Shown here piece by piece: positions 62,723 through 64,000 of a DNA stretch of 64,000 bases. A program made the position numbers and the translations under genes. The notes beneath the pieces were generated by a model. It did no database searches and was not told the DNA's origin. It saw nothing but the letters and a program-made list of their open reading frames with translations. The DNA comes from Vicugna vicugna. Its lineage: Eukaryota. The stretch is taken from contig MU061579.1 in assembly GCA_013265495.1 (NCBI GenBank), forward strand, positions 6,136,963-6,200,962, written 5' to 3'. Numbering within the stretch: the first letter of the stretch is position 1; each line of letters begins with the position of its first letter.

Positions 62723-64000
62723 CTGTAAAATATATGAAATCGTCATTTTATATTTAATAACCATAAACTTGGATTTTAGATACATTTGTAATATAACTGT
62801 TGAGTATGTTCCCATTTGCTGTTAAAAAGCAAAGAAAACAACAGGCGTGAAAATGTACACTTTTGACAACAGTACATAGGAAAGAAAAAAATACACACAA
62901 TGACAATTTTTAATCAAGTGACCTAGGTATTTTTTTTTAATGTAGCTGCTAATGGTGTCATCATCCACATTTATAAGGCTGAGTGGAAAACAAAGTGTGG
63001 TCAGAAACACAATCATTCACCCATATCCCTTAAAGGGGCTAATCCCTTAATGAAGATAACATGAAGTTTTACCCTACATTAAGCTTATAACATTTTATCC
63101 TATTTTTTTCTTAATTTTTGCTTTGGAGCATGAATAATATTTTGCTAACATAACAAACAAACAGCTTTGTGAATCGGATTTACATAGTTATATATTTTAA
63201 TTCTGATCAAATAAGCTGAAAAAGCTGTCTAAATCTAGAGAATCATTTGCAATCATCCAAAATTCACTGAAACATTAACAATTTGGAACAAAGAGCCACA
63301 TGAAAGGCCAATGCAGTTTAAAATGGTTACTGACATGAAAAACAAAACACAACAGTATCCCATGTTCCTTATTTAGGCATAAAGGAGAAAAAAACACATT
63401 CTGACTCCGTAAGGGAAAGGTGAAAAACCACTTCCCCTTGGGCTTGTTTTTATTTAGTTTCAGTCCCCTTCCCTGAAGTCAGACAATCCTAAAGGTTTGG
63501 AATATCTTATTTTCTACATGACTCTCAGTGTGAACGGACACCATCTAGACACGTTCAGCCTTGAACACAGATAATACGCGAAAACTAACTTCTGGTCTGA
63601 AAAAACAGTCATTTCTAAACCAACAGGTAAATGACCATGTCTGCCTTTTCCTTTTGCACAGTTTCCTAACATGGTTAAGATAAGAAAATGGTAGAACTTT
63701 CTGTGGTTTTCAGATTTAAAGATAGAAAAAGCACTTCAGGAAGTGTGGAGAACCGGTCTTCCGGGCTGTTTCCTGAGCGCGACACACCTATGGCTCCAGT
63801 GAAACACCATGAGCCTCCCACACCGATCATCAGCCAAGTGATTCTGCTTAAGATAAACTTAGAACAAATCTGATCAAATGGAGAAAAGGTTTGAAATTCA
63901 TTAGTGTGGACCACATTTTCACATATAAGCATTTAATAAATCATTAAGTAATACGAACATGTCAAGACTTTCTAATTATATAACCACAACGAATTTCCCA

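Noticed and set aside
1..64000. CRISPR array, operon or other novel multi-gene system
   Set aside because: Eukaryotic intragenic sequence; no repeat-spacer array and no coding capacity seen beyond ARAP2 exons and transposon remnants

Overview
Mammalian genomic DNA (AT-rich and repeat-rich; probably a camelid, from a tRNA-Ala-derived Vic-1-like SINE and the L1 3' end). The window lies entirely inside the ARAP2 gene on the minus strand. I traced 15 consecutive coding exons from 62722 down to 1690 (2147 nt). All introns are GT-AG, splice phases are compatible and there are no in-frame stops. The exons encode most of PH1, PH2, the ArfGAP zinc-finger domain, the ankyrin region, PH3, PH4 and the start of the RhoGAP-like domain. 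Exon numbers (7-21) follow my recollection of the human transcript. The rest is intronic: L1, L2, MIR, hAT/Tigger MITEs, LTRs and microsatellites. Repeat family names come from memory of consensus sequences and their boundaries are approximate. Most ORF-track entries are spurious. I see no evidence of a new multi-gene system. The most notable observations are a minor-spliceosome-like donor (GTATCCTTT) on intron 15, an apparent 2-codon deletion in PH4, a young TSD-flanked L1 with an internal deletion, and a tail-to-tail rearranged L1 next to the exon 13 donor.
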